Notes: generated by a model not told the origin, from the sequence alone. DNA of 63,218 nt, filler included, from Nemertoderma westbladi (GCA_032718475.1; 3 parts of 3 records of this genome joined end to end with filler, not necessarily neighbours in it), one strand, 5' to 3'; positions 1-14,549 are shown, numbered from the whole stretch's first letter. Numbers and translations: made by a program.

Positions 1-895
1 ACGGAGGGTGCGATTTCGCAAAAGACACTCTTTTAAAACACTTATAAAAAAGATTTAAAGGCAAAATCGAAAATTCCGGCTTCATGGGGTCATCGACGGT
101 GAGTGGAACTAGTGGTGTTTCAAATTTCAAGCAATATGATAAAGATTTGTAGAAAAATCTGGGGGGAGGGGGGGGGTCCGTGTCATCCGAAAATGACACT
201 ATATTACGGGACATGGTGTATACAAACAGCACAAATTTCTAGCAAATATAATTAAAGATCACATATTATTTAATTTACTTAACCAAAAAAGAAAACAATA
301 AACTCATGTTATTGGTAACATTAACTCATAAAGTAATATATTAAATATTTTAGGCGTGGAGGCAACCCAATTTGTAAGAAATATACAACTTAGCTTATGC
401 CGATAGTATTGATACTGAGATATTAATTTATCATGTCAACACGCAACACCTCAACGAAATTATTTAGCTAATTATTCTGAAGAATCATGTTTAAGTACTA
501 GGCCAATCATTTTGTAAGCTAAACACAATAACCAAACTGGCTTATTAGTCTGGCTTATTACAAAGCTGCCTTTGAGTTGAGGTGAGGTGTGGTTGGACTG
601 GTTCCCTTTCCAAGGTAGGCTAGGCATGCTTGCTATTGCAAGCATGGGGATGGGGAATACAGTTGTATAATTCTTAAATATAATTATGTAAATCTTATAC
701 TACTGTAGAAAATAATTAAAATCCATTAAGAGGCAGGTTGAAAATGCTGTTTTTACCCTAATCAACTGCTATTATCTTCGCTTCTCGAAGGCCACACGGA
801 AATTCAACTTGGAAAATTTCTAAACTTTTGCCAGAATAGATGAGTACCAAGTTTGGATATATTTCATTAACATTTGGCTGAGTTATTAACGTTTA

Positions 896-1907
896 GAGAA
901 GTAATCGTTGCTGGCATTGGATTGTTATATTGTGACACAGAAGCACAGGTACTCTCACCAGATGGTGAAACTGAGTTTTTCTCAATCCTGGCTGGCGTAC
1001 TGCAAGGTGACACATTAGCACCATTACTATTTGTAATTGTACTGGATTACGCAAAGAGGACGGCCACAAAGGGTAAAGATCTGGGATTCACACTTCAAGA
1101 ACGCAGACGTAGTAGATATCCGGCAACTACACTACAGTCACAGACACCGACTTTGCGGATGACATCGCCCTGCTCTCTAATACGCTAGCAGATGCACAGC
1201 TTCTACTAAATAAAGTGGAGAGGGCTGCTAAGGAGGTTGGATTGCATATAAATGCTACCAAGACCGAATTCATGACTTTTAATGTTGATGGAAACTTGAC
1301 AACCATTGATAATATTCAACTAAGGAAGGTTGATGACTTCCAGTACCTAGGATCATGGATAGAGAGTAGCAAAAAGGACATAGAAGTTAGGAAAGCAAAG
1401 GCTTGGGTAGCTCTATCAAAAATGGATACCATCTGGAAATCAGATCTCTACAGGCACCTGAAGACTAAGTTCTTTCGAGCCACAGTGGAAAGTGTATTTT
1501 TATACGGGGGTGAGACCGGGACACTGACTAAATCACTTGAACAACGAATTGATGGTTGCTACACAAGACTACTACTAAGGGCAGCCCTAAACACCAGCTG
1601 GAGACAACACATGACAAACGCCGAGCTTTATGGTACAATACCACCTGTATAAACCACCCTCCGTGAACGCAGATTAAGATTCAGTGGGCACTGCTGGCGA
1701 AATAAAGACGAGGTCATACCAGATCTATTTTTCTGGCAACCAACTCATGGAAAGCGTAGTCGTGGACGACCGCCCATAACATATATAGATCAACTTGAAA
1801 GGGATACTGAACTTGGGAGAAACGAAATTGCGACAACTATGGAGGATCGGGAAGCCCGGAAGGATCTCATTTCCACTGTCCGAGTTCGCTCGATCTAGTA
1901 GTAGTAG
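896..1907 (+). mobile_element. RTE-clade LINE, family A, 5'-truncated and decayed (C-terminal half of RT)
   Basis: GVLQGDTLAP, FADD and YLGSWI motifs; near-identical to the 3' kilobase of 49738-51701; (TAG)n tail; perfect 12-bp TSD TATTAACGTTTA at 884-895 and 1908-1919; 5-bp insertion near 1130 and a premature stop at 1650. Confidence 0.93.
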
Positions 1908-2453
1908 TATTAACGTTTAAAATTGAACACAACAGAACGACTGAACGACAGACACACCGATTAAGTTAGTGGTACCCGTATGCTCAGCTCGCTTACTTTC
2001 GTGGCTCGCCCCACAAACCATTTAAATAATCACGGAATATTTCCTTCAATTTTGCCAGTCGAATAACATCAAAAATATAAAATCAAACTAGCGCGGCGGA
2101 TGACCCAAAGGGCGTCTGAAATATATCGGCAGGATAAAATGGGCCGCATGTGCATCAATCGATTGATTCTCGCAATATAATTCCTAACAGGAATCTGGAC
2201 TTACAGGGATTGTATTAACAGTTCTGTTTGGGATGTCGTGCTCCAGATATCAAACAGGTCTTTCTCTGATGGTGATTACAACATAAAACTAAGAAAGATC
2301 ATAGTCTGCATGCCCTTTAGGGACATGGAATGTTAACTCTGGCTGAAATAAACTGTGAGACATAAAATGCTGACTTGAGGCAATTTTGTTGATGGATAAC
2401 GAAGATGCCAGGCTCACACGTGTTGGGGCTACATAATAATATAGAGCTCATAA

Positions 2454-4368
2454 TGTTACGGTAACGGGGTTGTGCGTTCGCGCGCCGTACCGTAAACTTT
2501 AGATTGCGCGACTATCGTACTCGCCCCGGTCTGGAAGGAACCGTAAATACAGTTAAAAGAGTTAGACTTATTTGTAGACTATAGTATGTATATAAATGAA
2601 TATAACTGAATATATTAGCGTGACTGCATGATTACATATACTATTAGGTATTATACTTCTGCGCTGGGCGGCAGTACTAATTAGTTCACTATCTATCTAA
2701 ATTATCTAAACTGTTTGACTATTGTGGGACTACTGTAGTCATTAGCAAATCGCAGTCTACTGTACAAGAGATTACCTGTGGTGTACCGCAAGGTAGTTTA
2801 TTAGGTCCTCTGCTTTTTGTATGCTATGTAAATGAAATGATAAGTAGTCCCGATTTTAAACTCATTTTATATGCCGACGACAGTGCTCTTATTTTCTCTC
2901 ATAAAGATCCTATCCATATTTCCCAAAAGTTAAGTGCAGTTCTTGAACCCTGTAATGAGTGGTTGGTTGATAATAAGCTATCCATTCACTACGGTAAGAC
3001 TGAAAGTATTTTGTTTGGTTCCAAAAGAAAGTTAAAGAAGGTAACTAAGTTTGAAGTCACTAGTAATGGACATAAGATTGAAAATAAAAAGGAAGTTAAA
3101 TATATAGGCGCCACATTGGATAACTGCTTATCAGGAGAAAGCATAGTGAAAAATATTTTCTCGAAAGTTAACAGTAGGCTTAGGTTTCTATACAGAAATA
3201 AAAATAGTTTGAACACCGACTCCCGCAAGTTACTTTGCTCTTCTTTAATACAGTGTCACATGGACTATGCATGCCCTTCTTGGTATGAAGGCTTAACCAA
3301 ACAGCTTAAATGTAAATTACAAGTAGCTCAGAATAAAGTAGTACGATTTATTAAAGACTACAAACCTAGGCACCACCTAACTCCAGATGACTTTTCTGAA
3401 TCTGGACTACTTAACTTAAGATAGTAGAGTTAAGCAGCTACGCCTTAACCATGTGCATAAAGTGTATATGTATAATGGTAAATGTCCCAATTACCTAAAA
3501 CAAAAATTCAACAGAGTACGCGATACACACTCTTACAGTACCAGAACTAGTGCTTCAAACTTCTACCTCCCAAATTGTAAATCCTTTGAATATGATACTT
3601 TCTTTTTTAACGGTATTAAAAATTGGAACGATCTGCCTAATGAAATTAAAAACCTAAATAATCAACATTATTTTAAATCTGCAGTTAAATCTCACCTCCG
3701 TGTGCAATGTAAAAATAGGTACAATAGTCCTACAGTAAGTTATTAGTTTATTAATTATTTACTATTTATACTGTAATTACGTTTTATAATAAATTGTTCT
3801 GTACATTATATCTTTATCGTTGAGTCGGACATTGTCACGCTCTCGGTAAAGTTGTACATGTACATAGTGTAATTACGTTTTATATTGGTTTTAGGTTAGC
3901 GTAGTGTAATATTGTATTTGTAACCAAGTAACATAAAGGACCCCCTTGGAAATAAGCTGCAAAGCTTTAGGGGTAATCCTATATGTTATGTTGGACAATA
4001 CCTTTATACCGGTACATTGTTTGGTGTATTTGTTATTGTTTTTTACATAATGTATAAATAAATCTATCTATCTATCTATAGGCTTGTGATTGGACCGGCG
4101 TTGTAATCAGCTGATTAGTATACAACTGCCAACGTGGCCCTTTATCTGGCTACATGGTTTATCGTATATTCCTACCTACATATTGCACAATGGAAGTTTC
4201 CCATGTGAGTTAGTGAAGCTACTTCCCCCTTCTTGTGTAATAGGTTTGGTGCCGACAAAACCTATTATTGCGTTCTTGGGTTGCCAACTTTGTATTGGCT
4301 TCCCTTTTGTTGACGGCTTTCCTATATTGCTTAAAAACCCTCAGTAGCATTTGGGTGCAACTATAACA
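2454..4368 (-). mobile_element. Probable 3' LTR of a minus-strand LTR retrotransposon, interrupted by a LINE
   Basis: Termini TGTTA...TAACA. C7TT at 4369-4377 reads as a polypurine tract directly before TGTTAT on the minus strand. An integrase tail lies upstream on the same strand. About 530 bp once the LINE is removed. Confidence 0.65.
2700..4080 (+). mobile_element. 5'-truncated L2/Crack(CR1-group)-like LINE RT fragment
   Basis: GVPQGSLLGPLLF, YADD, KTESILFGS and WNDLP motifs; frameshift near 3420 joins ORFs 2837-3424 and 3453-3746; AATAAA plus (TCTA)n tail at 4057-4080. Confidence 0.85.
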
Positions 4369-5830
4369 CCCCCCCTTGTTATCTTCCTGGTGTTTTCCTC
4401 GGAAATAACGCGTTTAACGATGGTTCAACCCCCTCAACGCTCACAGATTTTAATTCACTTTTGTGAATTATGGTTGAGGTGGGTTATCTTTTAGGTCCCA
4501 GACTGCCAGTCTGTGCCTTTTTTTGGATCCTTTGATCTCTCTCAATATGATACCTGCGTCAAACAGTATCATAAGGTTGTGTAGAGCCTACTCGCATTAT
4601 CCTCTCTCTGATAATTTTGTGGTGCTATTTTCCCCAACTCTCCGCACTAACTCACCTCATCTCGATCTCCAGGCCTTGTGAAACTTTTAATTCTGCCCAT
4701 TACACATCACTTTGTCCCGTTACTCCGCTAGGCATATAAAGTACCACTTTATCTGACTCTTACACTCATGCTCTTTCCCATTCCCGCACACCCCTTTATA
4801 ACTTCACCTCCATCCATCCACCACCATCCAGATATTCTCTACCTCCATATCCCCCCCCCCCCCCCCCTTTCATCTGTTATCCTTTCCACACGCCAAATGT
4901 ATTTGTCAAACATAGATGTTATTGGTCATAGTTATTGGTCATAGTCATTGTTTCCTCAGTAGCTAATTGTGATAACAAGTGGATCCAACTGTATTATTTA
5001 TTATCTCAGTGGCCTAAGTACCACTCTTACTATGTATTTTACTTTAATTTACATTCTGTTAAATTTTAATTACTTTCCGGAGTAATTATCTTTTATATTA
5101 TAATTTTTTTATTTTATTTAATTAATTATATCTATACATACTATATTATACATTTTCTATCGTACCTTATGTGATATATATCTAACTCTACTCTCCCCGA
5201 TCCGTACCTACGCATCGTACTTCACACGATACGTACCTAACTAAAACTAACACGTTTATATACAAAATCACATGCGTATGTAATATATACTCCACTCATC
5301 TACTACGCTCTTTATCTAGCATATGCACCGTACTTTATACTATACATATCTATCTAACTCCCTAATTCCCTAGCATATGTACCATACTTCATACCAAACA
5401 TATCTTTCTAACTTTCTACTTTCCGAATCATCCACTAAATAACAGTTTGTTGGTTATCGGCCTTGTATATGTCTTCCTCTTCTTCTCACCGATTTTACCA
5501 CCAATTCGGAATTCCACTCTCCGAATATGTCCATCTTTCCCCTGGTGACATGTAACTTCTCTTGCTAATCTCCAATCACTGCTTGCAATATTATTGTCCG
5601 TGACCATAATTAGGTCCCCTTTCTTCAAGTCCTTCTGTTCCTCTCGCCACTTTTTTCTTCCATTTAGCGTTGGTAGATATTCCCTTATCCACCTTTCCCA
5701 GAATTCTGTTGTCATAGCGTTTGCTACTTTCCATGTCCGATTTGAGAGGTAGTCATCGTTATCATCCATATCTATTAGCACTTGTGCCAGTCTTTCGCGT
5801 AATATATGTGCTGGTGTTATCTCTTCTAGC
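4369..5830 (-). mobile_element. BEL/Pao internal remnant: integrase C-terminal (DUF5641-type) region and 3' UTR
   Basis: ORF 5428-5781 FWERWIREYLPTLNGRKKW...LKKGDLIMV...WRLAR...GKDGHIR; homologous to 32063-32296. Confidence 0.85.
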
Positions 5831-6290
5831 TTTGTCAGCTTTAGCTTCAGTCACTAATGACTATCGGTATTAGCTAAAGCACAATCAAGTGAAATAACTA
5901 TATGGTGGTGGCTATTGTACTGTAGAGGAAATAGTATAATTCCAGTAATCAGAAGATGACCATTGTTGTAAAGTAGAGGGACAATATATTGTATTAGGAG
6001 TTAGGAGGCGAGCTCTGTTCCAGAGTACCACGAGGAGGTCCCTCATAGTGGATGATGGTGGGAGTGGGTTTATGGTTCGGCCTCTGCTCCATAGAGACTC
6101 TAGTTCCGTCGGCAGAACAAGTCTACCTCCAGACATCCTAACAAAGAACCCAAGTGGAATACAAATGGCAACGACAACACAACCCTAACCACCCCAAGAG
6201 GAGGATGGCCTATAAAGGAGGATAAGGTCCAGATTCACTGGGTGATGGGACAGAAGATACATGAGAAGAATGAATTAGTATAATTGCGTC

Positions 6291-6757
6291 CTACTACTAC
6301 TACTAAGATCGGTGTGCTGCATTGCAGCTGCATTATATATATATGACATATATTAAAAATGCTGTGCCGGCTTGCCGACAAAATTGCGCCGCCACAGTAC
6401 CCTATCACCCATGACATTTGCTAAATTACCCGCGTTTTCAAGGCCAGTGTCCATGCGTCTCAAGAAAGTCAGAAAGTAATGGGCGGTCCACCATGCTTAT
6501 TCGCTCCATGAGGCCAACTAAACACAAGATTATGCACTGGCTGTTCCTCATGGCGAAAGCAATGTCCTGCAAAGCGGAGGCGATTTTGTTCTAGTGTCAA
6601 GCTTGGGGGAACCAATGGAACACCCCCAATGTTATATAGTGTCTGGTTGGAGATGTGTTCATTGTACTTGACACAGTGAACCCGACGCAGCATTCTTGTG
6701 AAAGTGCCATCCAGAGATTTGGTGTCCTCGGCAGTTAGAGCCCAGCATGGACTCCCA
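6291..6757 (-). mobile_element. RTE-clade LINE, family B, short 3' fragment
   Basis: Matches 34313-34757; RLRFAGHC motif; (TAG)n tail. Confidence 0.9.
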
Positions 6758-6826
6758 TAATAATAATAGTTAATTTGGTTCTGCTATAATAATCCAAGCT
6801 AATCATCCAATTATAATGATGTTAAA

Positions 6827-7807
6827 TTCAGGACGAAGTTAATTTCGTCCTGAACAAACGAGAACGCATTACGCATAGGTACGACCCCTGATTACAACAA
6901 AAATATTAAAACATGATTTTGTTTTCAAATGCGAAAATACAACTGTATATCTAATAATAATGATGATTTTTTTAATTGTATACAATTATTATATAAACTG
7001 AAAGAATTATCAATGAACAAATGAGAATTAAAACTTCTTGCCAGTGCAATTAGCACACAAGGAATTGTATGAAATCGACTAATCCAGACACACTTTATGG
7101 CGGGGTTGGATGACTGGGCCACATTAATCCACTTAGGTACCCAGGTAGTCTACGATATCTGCTCAACCATGGTGTCTGCTCAACCTTGGTGCGATTATCT
7201 TTAATAGGAGGGAGCGAGGTGGTGGGAGGGGTGACGTACATCGATTCGTCGCTCGAAGAGGAAGGACGTACCTGTAGACTCGGCAGGAATTCATCTTCGT
7301 TTCCACTCCCTATCGAGCTTTGCAACACACCACTATTATCAGAGTCGTACTCCTTGCCATCATCACATTGGCCTACCACTGGATTATACCTTTGATGATG
7401 ACCATTCCTGGTACTTTGCTCAACATCCATTGTCTGATTATTTGTTGGAATATTCTGAAAAAGATTCAAATAACTTATATCAACTTTTTACAGTTCTACA
7501 TTAATTATTGTAGTTTCAGAAAGTTTAACTTTTTGAACCTCTGACCAGAAGGTAAACTAACAAGCGCGAAATCGCGCAAAGGTCCGCGTCTACTAACGCA
7601 TGAATTGTCTCCTTGAATGGCTTAATATCAATCTTACAACCAAAACTCATCAAAAAATTATCCGGAAACGAGGGTTGCCCACGCTCTACTAACGCTAATC
7701 CTCGATGAAATTTAACCAAACTTGGAACACATGTTGTTTGGCAAAAGATTTGAAATTTACCAAGTAAAATTTGCGTTTTGCCTTCAGGACGAACTCAACG
7801 ACGGACT
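6827..7807 (-). mobile_element. Helentron/HINE-like non-autonomous repeat
   Basis: Hairpin TTCAGGACGAA-6nt-TTCGTCCTGAA (6827-6854) with a third copy of the arm at 7783-7793, i.e. a subterminal IR plus terminal hairpin layout; CCAAGTTTGG motif shared with repeats near 847 and 57015. Confidence 0.5.
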
Positions 7808-9754
7808 AATGAAGGAGACGAGTATTGTAAAACTAAAATTTCATACTTAACTTAAATAGCCCGAGTTAGTAGGTTTACAAATGACAGTTAAAGCGTGTAA
7901 ATGCAAACTGAATTGGGCCATTGTTTTTTATAATGAGTTTAAGGCAAACTGAAAGCATCACTCATTGATATTTTGGGAATGACGAAATACCGTAGCCTTT
8001 TGCATCGTATTAGCCCGGTAATTAGGTCGGTGTAAACACTACGCCTACAACTGACAGCAGACAAACGAAAGCCGAAAACCGTTACGACAAAAATGAAACT
8101 GACACAGACACTTTTATTGCGCAATGTTTTTGAATGTGTCCAGCAACTATTTCTGACCCCGTCACACACAATAATTTTCTATAATCAATATAATTACTGT
8201 AAAACCAAAAAAATCTGAAATTTGTTACCAAGGATAAAACCATGTCCTGCAATAATGTCGTTATTCAGGTAACCTACCTGGACCACACCCCCCCCCCCCC
8301 CCCCCAAAAAAAAAAACTACAAATCTTAATGAGATTGCATAAAATTTTAAAAACATAGTTTAACCTCCCACTTCATCCGCGGGTGAGCCAGAATTTTAAT
8401 TTTTTATTTTAATCTTTAGATACAAGCGTTTGAAAAATGGAGTCTCCGGTGATATTTCACCAGTTACACTGCAGTTATTCTTGAACCTCATTTATCGTGA
8501 TTTGTTGGTACAGTTAGAAAGCTGGTCGTGCAAGGATTCCAAATATGTAAAAACATTTGAATTTCGTTGGGAAATAGCTGAGATATGGATATTCTAAAGT
8601 TGCATGTATTTGCTTCATGCAGGCCATTTATTATATTTAATAAATACACCATATTCTGGAACATTTTGTTTATCCCATTCGTGGCTGGGCAACAATAATG
8701 CAATAAATCTATAATCATACTATTATGTAGCTATTCATACATAAACAATATATTCTAGAATAATTTATGGCGTTTTATTTAATAGAATAAAACAACATCA
8801 CGCAGGTGCAAAACCATGCAACATTTGAACGCTCAGATCTCAGCCATTGTTCAACGAAAGATAGATTGAGTTACATATTTGGAATCCCTGCATGGCCAGC
8901 TATCCATCAGTACTAGAAAAGCACTATAAGGTATCTGTTGAAGTATGTTACAATTTTGGAATAAAGTACTTTTGCCACAAGCATGTATGTAGTTTTATTC
9001 CAAAATTTTAACATTACGAAATGATTGTATATATATTATAAGTGATAGAAACTGCACAAATTAAATTAGTTGCTGTATAAATAAATGTAAAAAAATGTCA
9101 TAAATTATGTTATAAATACACCTATGTTAGCTTATATTTATGGTGGCGTTTGGAGCCATGTTATAATAATATAGCTAGGCCCTACTGGTTATTAATAGCT
9201 ATACCCAGCCTACCGGTAGGTAATGCAGTAGGCCTATCTGGCTATCAGGCAAATTTCCACCATTGTTTTCGTGGTAACCAATGACGGGCGTTAAGTAATG
9301 TTCACTAAGGGGACATTACTTAACGGATAACACCAAATACAATACTAAATGTACAGGCAAATACAATGCTGCAATGTCCTCAAAAGTTGTAAAGTGCTAA
9401 ATAACAACTCGCTGTTAATATACTAACGGCGTTGAGTAATGTTACAATTTTGGAATAAAACACATTACGTATAACCTGTAAACTCGAATTAATCTGTATG
9501 GCTGAATGATATTATTGGTATACTGGTGGAACAGATAGTCCATTATGATAATAAGCCTAAAACGCCGAAACTGAAATAAGTGAAATTCAAATTTCCCGCG
9601 GGTGCCCTTCAGCAATTAAATCTTTAGGCCTACTCCATGAACCCGCTTGTGATAAGTGAAGATAAATTCGGCTATGACATATAAAATTAGCGCTAAGGAC
9701 GAGTCTACATGCTACACACACCATTAGGGCTACTACAGTAGCAGCAATTAATTA

Positions 9755-9924
9755 GACCGCGTTCACACTACTGAGTCAAAGTCAAAATGTAAAACACATT
9801 ACATGAAATTTAATTTTTTCTAGAAAGGCATAATGTATATAATGTATTATTATTTATTATTGCTAGCTATATTTATTTTCTTTTGACTTTGATTTTGACT
9901 CGGTTCGGTAGTGTGAACGCGGCC
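9755..9924. mobile_element. MITE (PIF/Harbinger-like ends)
   Basis: TIR G(A/G)CCGCGTTCACACTAC, flanked by TTA/TAA. Confidence 0.7.
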
Positions 9925-9979
9925 TAAAGTTGGCCCCTACTGGTATTTATATATACTGTATATAGCTTCACCTACTGTA

Positions 9980-12900
9980 GGCTCATTCCATGCAATTGTC
10001 AAATGCAAATGTCAACCGCAGTGCCAATTTTGAAAAAAATATTATTGCTTCTCATATCAATTTTCAGAACCAATATATGATGCGGTTTACAAATTCAACA
10101 CAAAAAACCGCATCAAAATTGGTTAACTTTCTGAAATCTGGTGTTATTCGCCCTTACCTCTCAAACTGCAAAAATACAGTTAACTGAGTGCATAATATGA
10201 CAACAGCGTTTTATGAGTAGCTTTAGGCAGAATGCAACGTAATAGAGTACTATTCGAAGCAAAACAATCATATTTTCGAATGAAATCATTTGCTGTCAAT
10301 TAAAACAACGTTGTGTCTAAAAATTCAGTGCTCATAATCTGCTTACATCATAATGTCCCGCACTTTACGCTGAACACCATATTTTGTTTGTACAGGATAC
10401 TGTAGACATATTATAATAGAATGATGTTTTGTCGTTTGTAAAGCACAAATATATGTGTCATTAATCTGGGGTACTTAGTTTGTTTGTGGTGTTTCGTGTT
10501 TTGTGGTAAACAGGTGTCCCGCACTTTACGTAAAGTGCGGGACAAAAAGTAGAAATATCAAAGGAAGTAGAGTGAGCGTGCATTTCGATGGAAGAACTTC
10601 AACTGGAATAATCATAACAGACATTTAATTACTTCATATCAATATCTGCTATTAAGACACGTTGTGGGGTCTTTGAGCAGCACGTGTTCAAATGTTCAAT
10701 GACTGAGCAGCGACTAATTAACAAATTTATGAGAGATTCATTGACCAGCTACAGACAGATCAATATTGTGACATATATTTTAGTTTAATGTTTATTTTGT
10801 TTTTGTATTTGTTTAAATTTTAGTTTATTTCGCAAACGTCGCAAACTTCGGGAATTTTTTCTACGATTTTGACTCCTTAAAAACTCCTGGGGTGACGACA
10901 GGGCGAAGTAGGGACCGTGTTGCTTAACCCCTTAGAGCCTATGACGTCCAGTGCATGTCACCATGGACAACACTAAGACGTGCAGTGGACGTCATGCTGG
11001 AATACATGTTTTATTGGAAGACTCTTGGTCTAGGTATATTGGTGGATAGTATTAAAGACAATTAGTGCTCTTCATGGGAAAAAATTCATTCTGTACTGCA
11101 GATAGGCTGTATTGTAGACTGTATTATCAATGTTAGGTATATATGGCGTAATGCCAACCACAGTACAGTACAGTAGTACAGACTGACAGTAAGACCGACA
11201 GACAGACAGACTAGATTTATGTAAACGTGTAAACTGACATCAGAAATGAAATCAGCGAACCTTAAAACCCCCATAGCGGGAATGTTGGTTAGTTATGTAG
11301 TATACTTTCTTAAGTTTTGACAGACTGACTGACAGAAAGACCGACAGACCGACAGCCAGACAGACTAGATTTATTTAACGTGAAACTGACATCTGAAATG
11401 AAATCAGCACCCATTAAAACCCCATAACGAGAATGTTAGTTAGTTTGTATTATTTTTTTAAGTTTTGACAGACTGACTGACTGACTGACAGAAAGACCGA
11501 CAAACAGATAGACTAGATTTATGTAAACCTGAAAACTGACATCAGAAATGAAATCAGCACCCCTTAAAACCCCCATAGCGAGAATGTTAGTTAATTTGAA
11601 TTATTTTTTATGTTTTGACAGACAGACTAACAGAATGACCGACAGACAGACAGACTAGATTTATGTAAACGTAAAAACTGACATCAGAAATGTAATCAGC
11701 ACCCCGATAGCGAGAATGTTAGCGACAAGTTTTAATTATTAACCATATTTCGTAAGATATATTTTAAAACATTTATTTATTAATAATGCAATAACTGAAT
11801 AACCAGATAACCAGATAACGGAAAGACAAACCGAATTAAAACTTTTAATTACTAATAATAATTGTGGTGAGAGGTGATTGGAAATCAAGGATATATGTTA
11901 TGTTATGGTAGGCACAGGCAAATGAATTGATGTCTGTTGTGATGTATTGAAGGAGCACTATTCCTTCTACAAGACTACTACAGTTGTGTCCTTGTGTGCT
12001 AGCCTAGGCACTGGCTTGGTCAATGACTTTAGCTTGCCATGTTAGTAGTAATTTACAACTTCAAGAAATATTATTGGACACGGCTGCCCTTGCCATGCCT
12101 TAGGCTCTATGGCGGAGAATGGAATCAGCGTATGAATTTACAATGTTAATTATGTTTACATCAATGAAAAATACCTTTATTAACGCAAATCACTTGAAAA
12201 AATAAAAAACTATAATGGAATGGGGTACATGGATTCCAGATATCTAATTTCTGTACAAAATAACTTTACTCGTATGGTGCTAAATAATTAATTTCCATGG
12301 AGAGACCGTTCAAAATGACTCAACTATACAATTTAGCTGAAGATATTAATTTAGATTATGGCTTCCGACATTTATGGCTTCCGACACACACACACACAGA
12401 CTTTTGAAAAACGGCCATAGTATAATTATATCAGTTCGCTGATGGCTCGCCATTCGTGTCTCGCCCCACACTATGAAAAAATTCATGATGTTCACATATA
12501 TTTCAGTAAATATCCTCAAAATTTAATTCCTATTATTATTAGTTTTGTCATACTCTGAATAATATTCATAGGCCTGCTATTAACCCCTTCCTGGCTGGAG
12601 CGTACTACTGTACAATCTCCCATATGCGCCACGGCCTAGTAGCGTACATGGTACGCTACTATTTATTAACGGTTTTATGGGTGCACTACAGTTCCTTCCA
12701 GGTCTAATGTCTATGTAATCTGTATTACATTAGGACTACAGCGCACTTAAATAAAAGAAAATGGGTACAACATTTTCGGACAACTTTTCGATTTATCACT
12801 CTCAGCGTTTCAAAATTGTTTGGTTTTGGCTAAAATATGGTATATAGGTGCCTAAGATGCCATTCTACATGACAGGTCAGAAAAAAAATTTTGTTCGCTA

Positions 12901-14159
12901 TTTAATATTAGTTAATACTAGTTAACAAAAACAAAAACTTGGTTGCAAGGCTTTCACAGTTTTGAACCTAATCACATGAAAGTTTTTTGATATGATAGAT
13001 CAAAGATGGGACAACATAACTATCAGGCGAAATTTTGTTAAAATAATTCTGCACCGCTAGGTGGCGCTGCAAATTTATTCTAATTTTTAGGTTTTTTATA
13101 AATAGTATTAAATTTTATTAACAAAAAATTTCGAAAAGTTGTCTGATACTTTTATGCACGGTGGCTATCTAGACACCCACAGGAAGTTTCAGACTAATTA
13201 CTCAAAAATTGTAGAAGTAGTAAGTAGGGTTTTGAAGTTGACAATTTCATGAAAAAAATATTTGGAGATAATCGACCTTTCATTATACATAGTAATAGTA
13301 ATTTCAATAGGATTCCCTAAATGGAAATTTACATAACTTGAAAACTAAAAGAGCTATTAAATAGCGGTTTTCAGATTTGGAAACACCATTCAATGGTGCA
13401 TTATAATAGACCATAAACAAATTTCGACATATTTTGGACCAAAATGGTGTACCCCCCCCCCCCCCCCCCCCCCCCTTAAATACTTTAACACTTACTTGAC
13501 AGGCAGTCACACATAAACATGTACACAGTAGTAAGGAGCTTTACAGAGCCAACTAAGTTTGGTAGGATAGGTTTAGTATTTTGGTTAGGGTTAGTTGCAT
13601 TGTCATTCATCTTTAAGTTCAAATTATATGTAGCAATCTCACTGACAAGTTTATAACTATCACTGATTTAGACGGAATAATGTAATAATTAACGATTTAA
13701 TGTGTTTATAAATGATAAAATCGCACGTGTCCCGCACTTTACAGTGAAATGTCCCACACTTTATATGTCTTTGCTGCACTTAAACTACTCCCCTGTTTCA
13801 TTGATGTTACCTACCATCTTACTAAAGGCTAAATTATTTTCCCTACATATCCAGGAACATCACGAAAAAAACAGCTTGTCACTAACTTTACCCAATTCGC
13901 TGAACTTTAGCAATGAAGTTGACAGTTGAGAATTTCACTTTCGTACGCGTCCCGTACTTTACAATTTTTTGAAACAATCATTCTGAGTCATAAACTGCTG
14001 CTGGTTTTCCAAACTGCTTTTTTATACTTAACCGATAATTGGTTTTTCTTAGAAACACAAGCACTACTGTATAATATTTTAGTTCGTTTTCTTGATGTAC
14101 AGTACTAAAGTATGCACAAAGAGTCGTACGAATGTCCCGCACTTTACATGGAATGAGCC
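9980..14159. mobile_element. Non-autonomous TIR DNA transposon with 4-bp TSD (Sola-like, unclassified) carrying nested repeats
   Basis: TIR GGCTCATTCCATG at both ends; TGTA duplicated at 9976-9979 and 14160-14163; subterminal motif TGTCCCGCACTTTAC repeated near both ends. Confidence 0.75.
11175..11725. repeat. Tandem array of about four 140-150-bp units with (GACA)n, typical of Helentron-type interiors
   Basis: Repeated GACTAGATTTATGTAAACG...CTGACATCAGAAATGAAATCAGCACCCC. Confidence 0.85.
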
Positions 14160-14415
14160 TGTACTGTAGTTTCCAGTCCTGATATAAATTATATTCTAGA
14201 AGTCCATGATTATATCAACAAATTTTTTATTTTTTTTTAAATTAGCTACCATTAAATACACTATTGTTACAATATGCACTACCTAAACATGGAAGACAAC
14301 TTCACACCTTTAACACTTGCGCGAAGAAAAAAATTTAAAAAAGTATGACAAAGCTTGTATTCCCAAGCTTGTATACCTACTGTATATACATACTGTACAA
14401 TAATGTACTGTATTT

Positions 14416-14549
14416 GAAGTTAGGAAAGCAAAGGTATGGGTGGGTACTGTAGCTCTATCAAAAATGACGAAATCACTCGAACAACGAATCCGCGCTGGAG
14501 TCAACACATCCAGTAACATACGCCGAGCTTTATACTCACAATACCACCT
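14416..14549 (+). mobile_element. Heavily deleted relic of RTE family A
   Basis: Collinear blocks GAAGTTAGGAAAGCAAAGG, GCTCTATCAAAAATG, AAATCACTYGAACAACGAAT, CGCCGAGCTTTAT and ACAATACCACCT match 1383-1646. Confidence 0.8.

Noticed and set aside
4851-4867. Long poly-C/poly-G tracts scattered through the window
   Set aside because: Simple homopolymers within repeats, with unreliable lengths and no evidence of function
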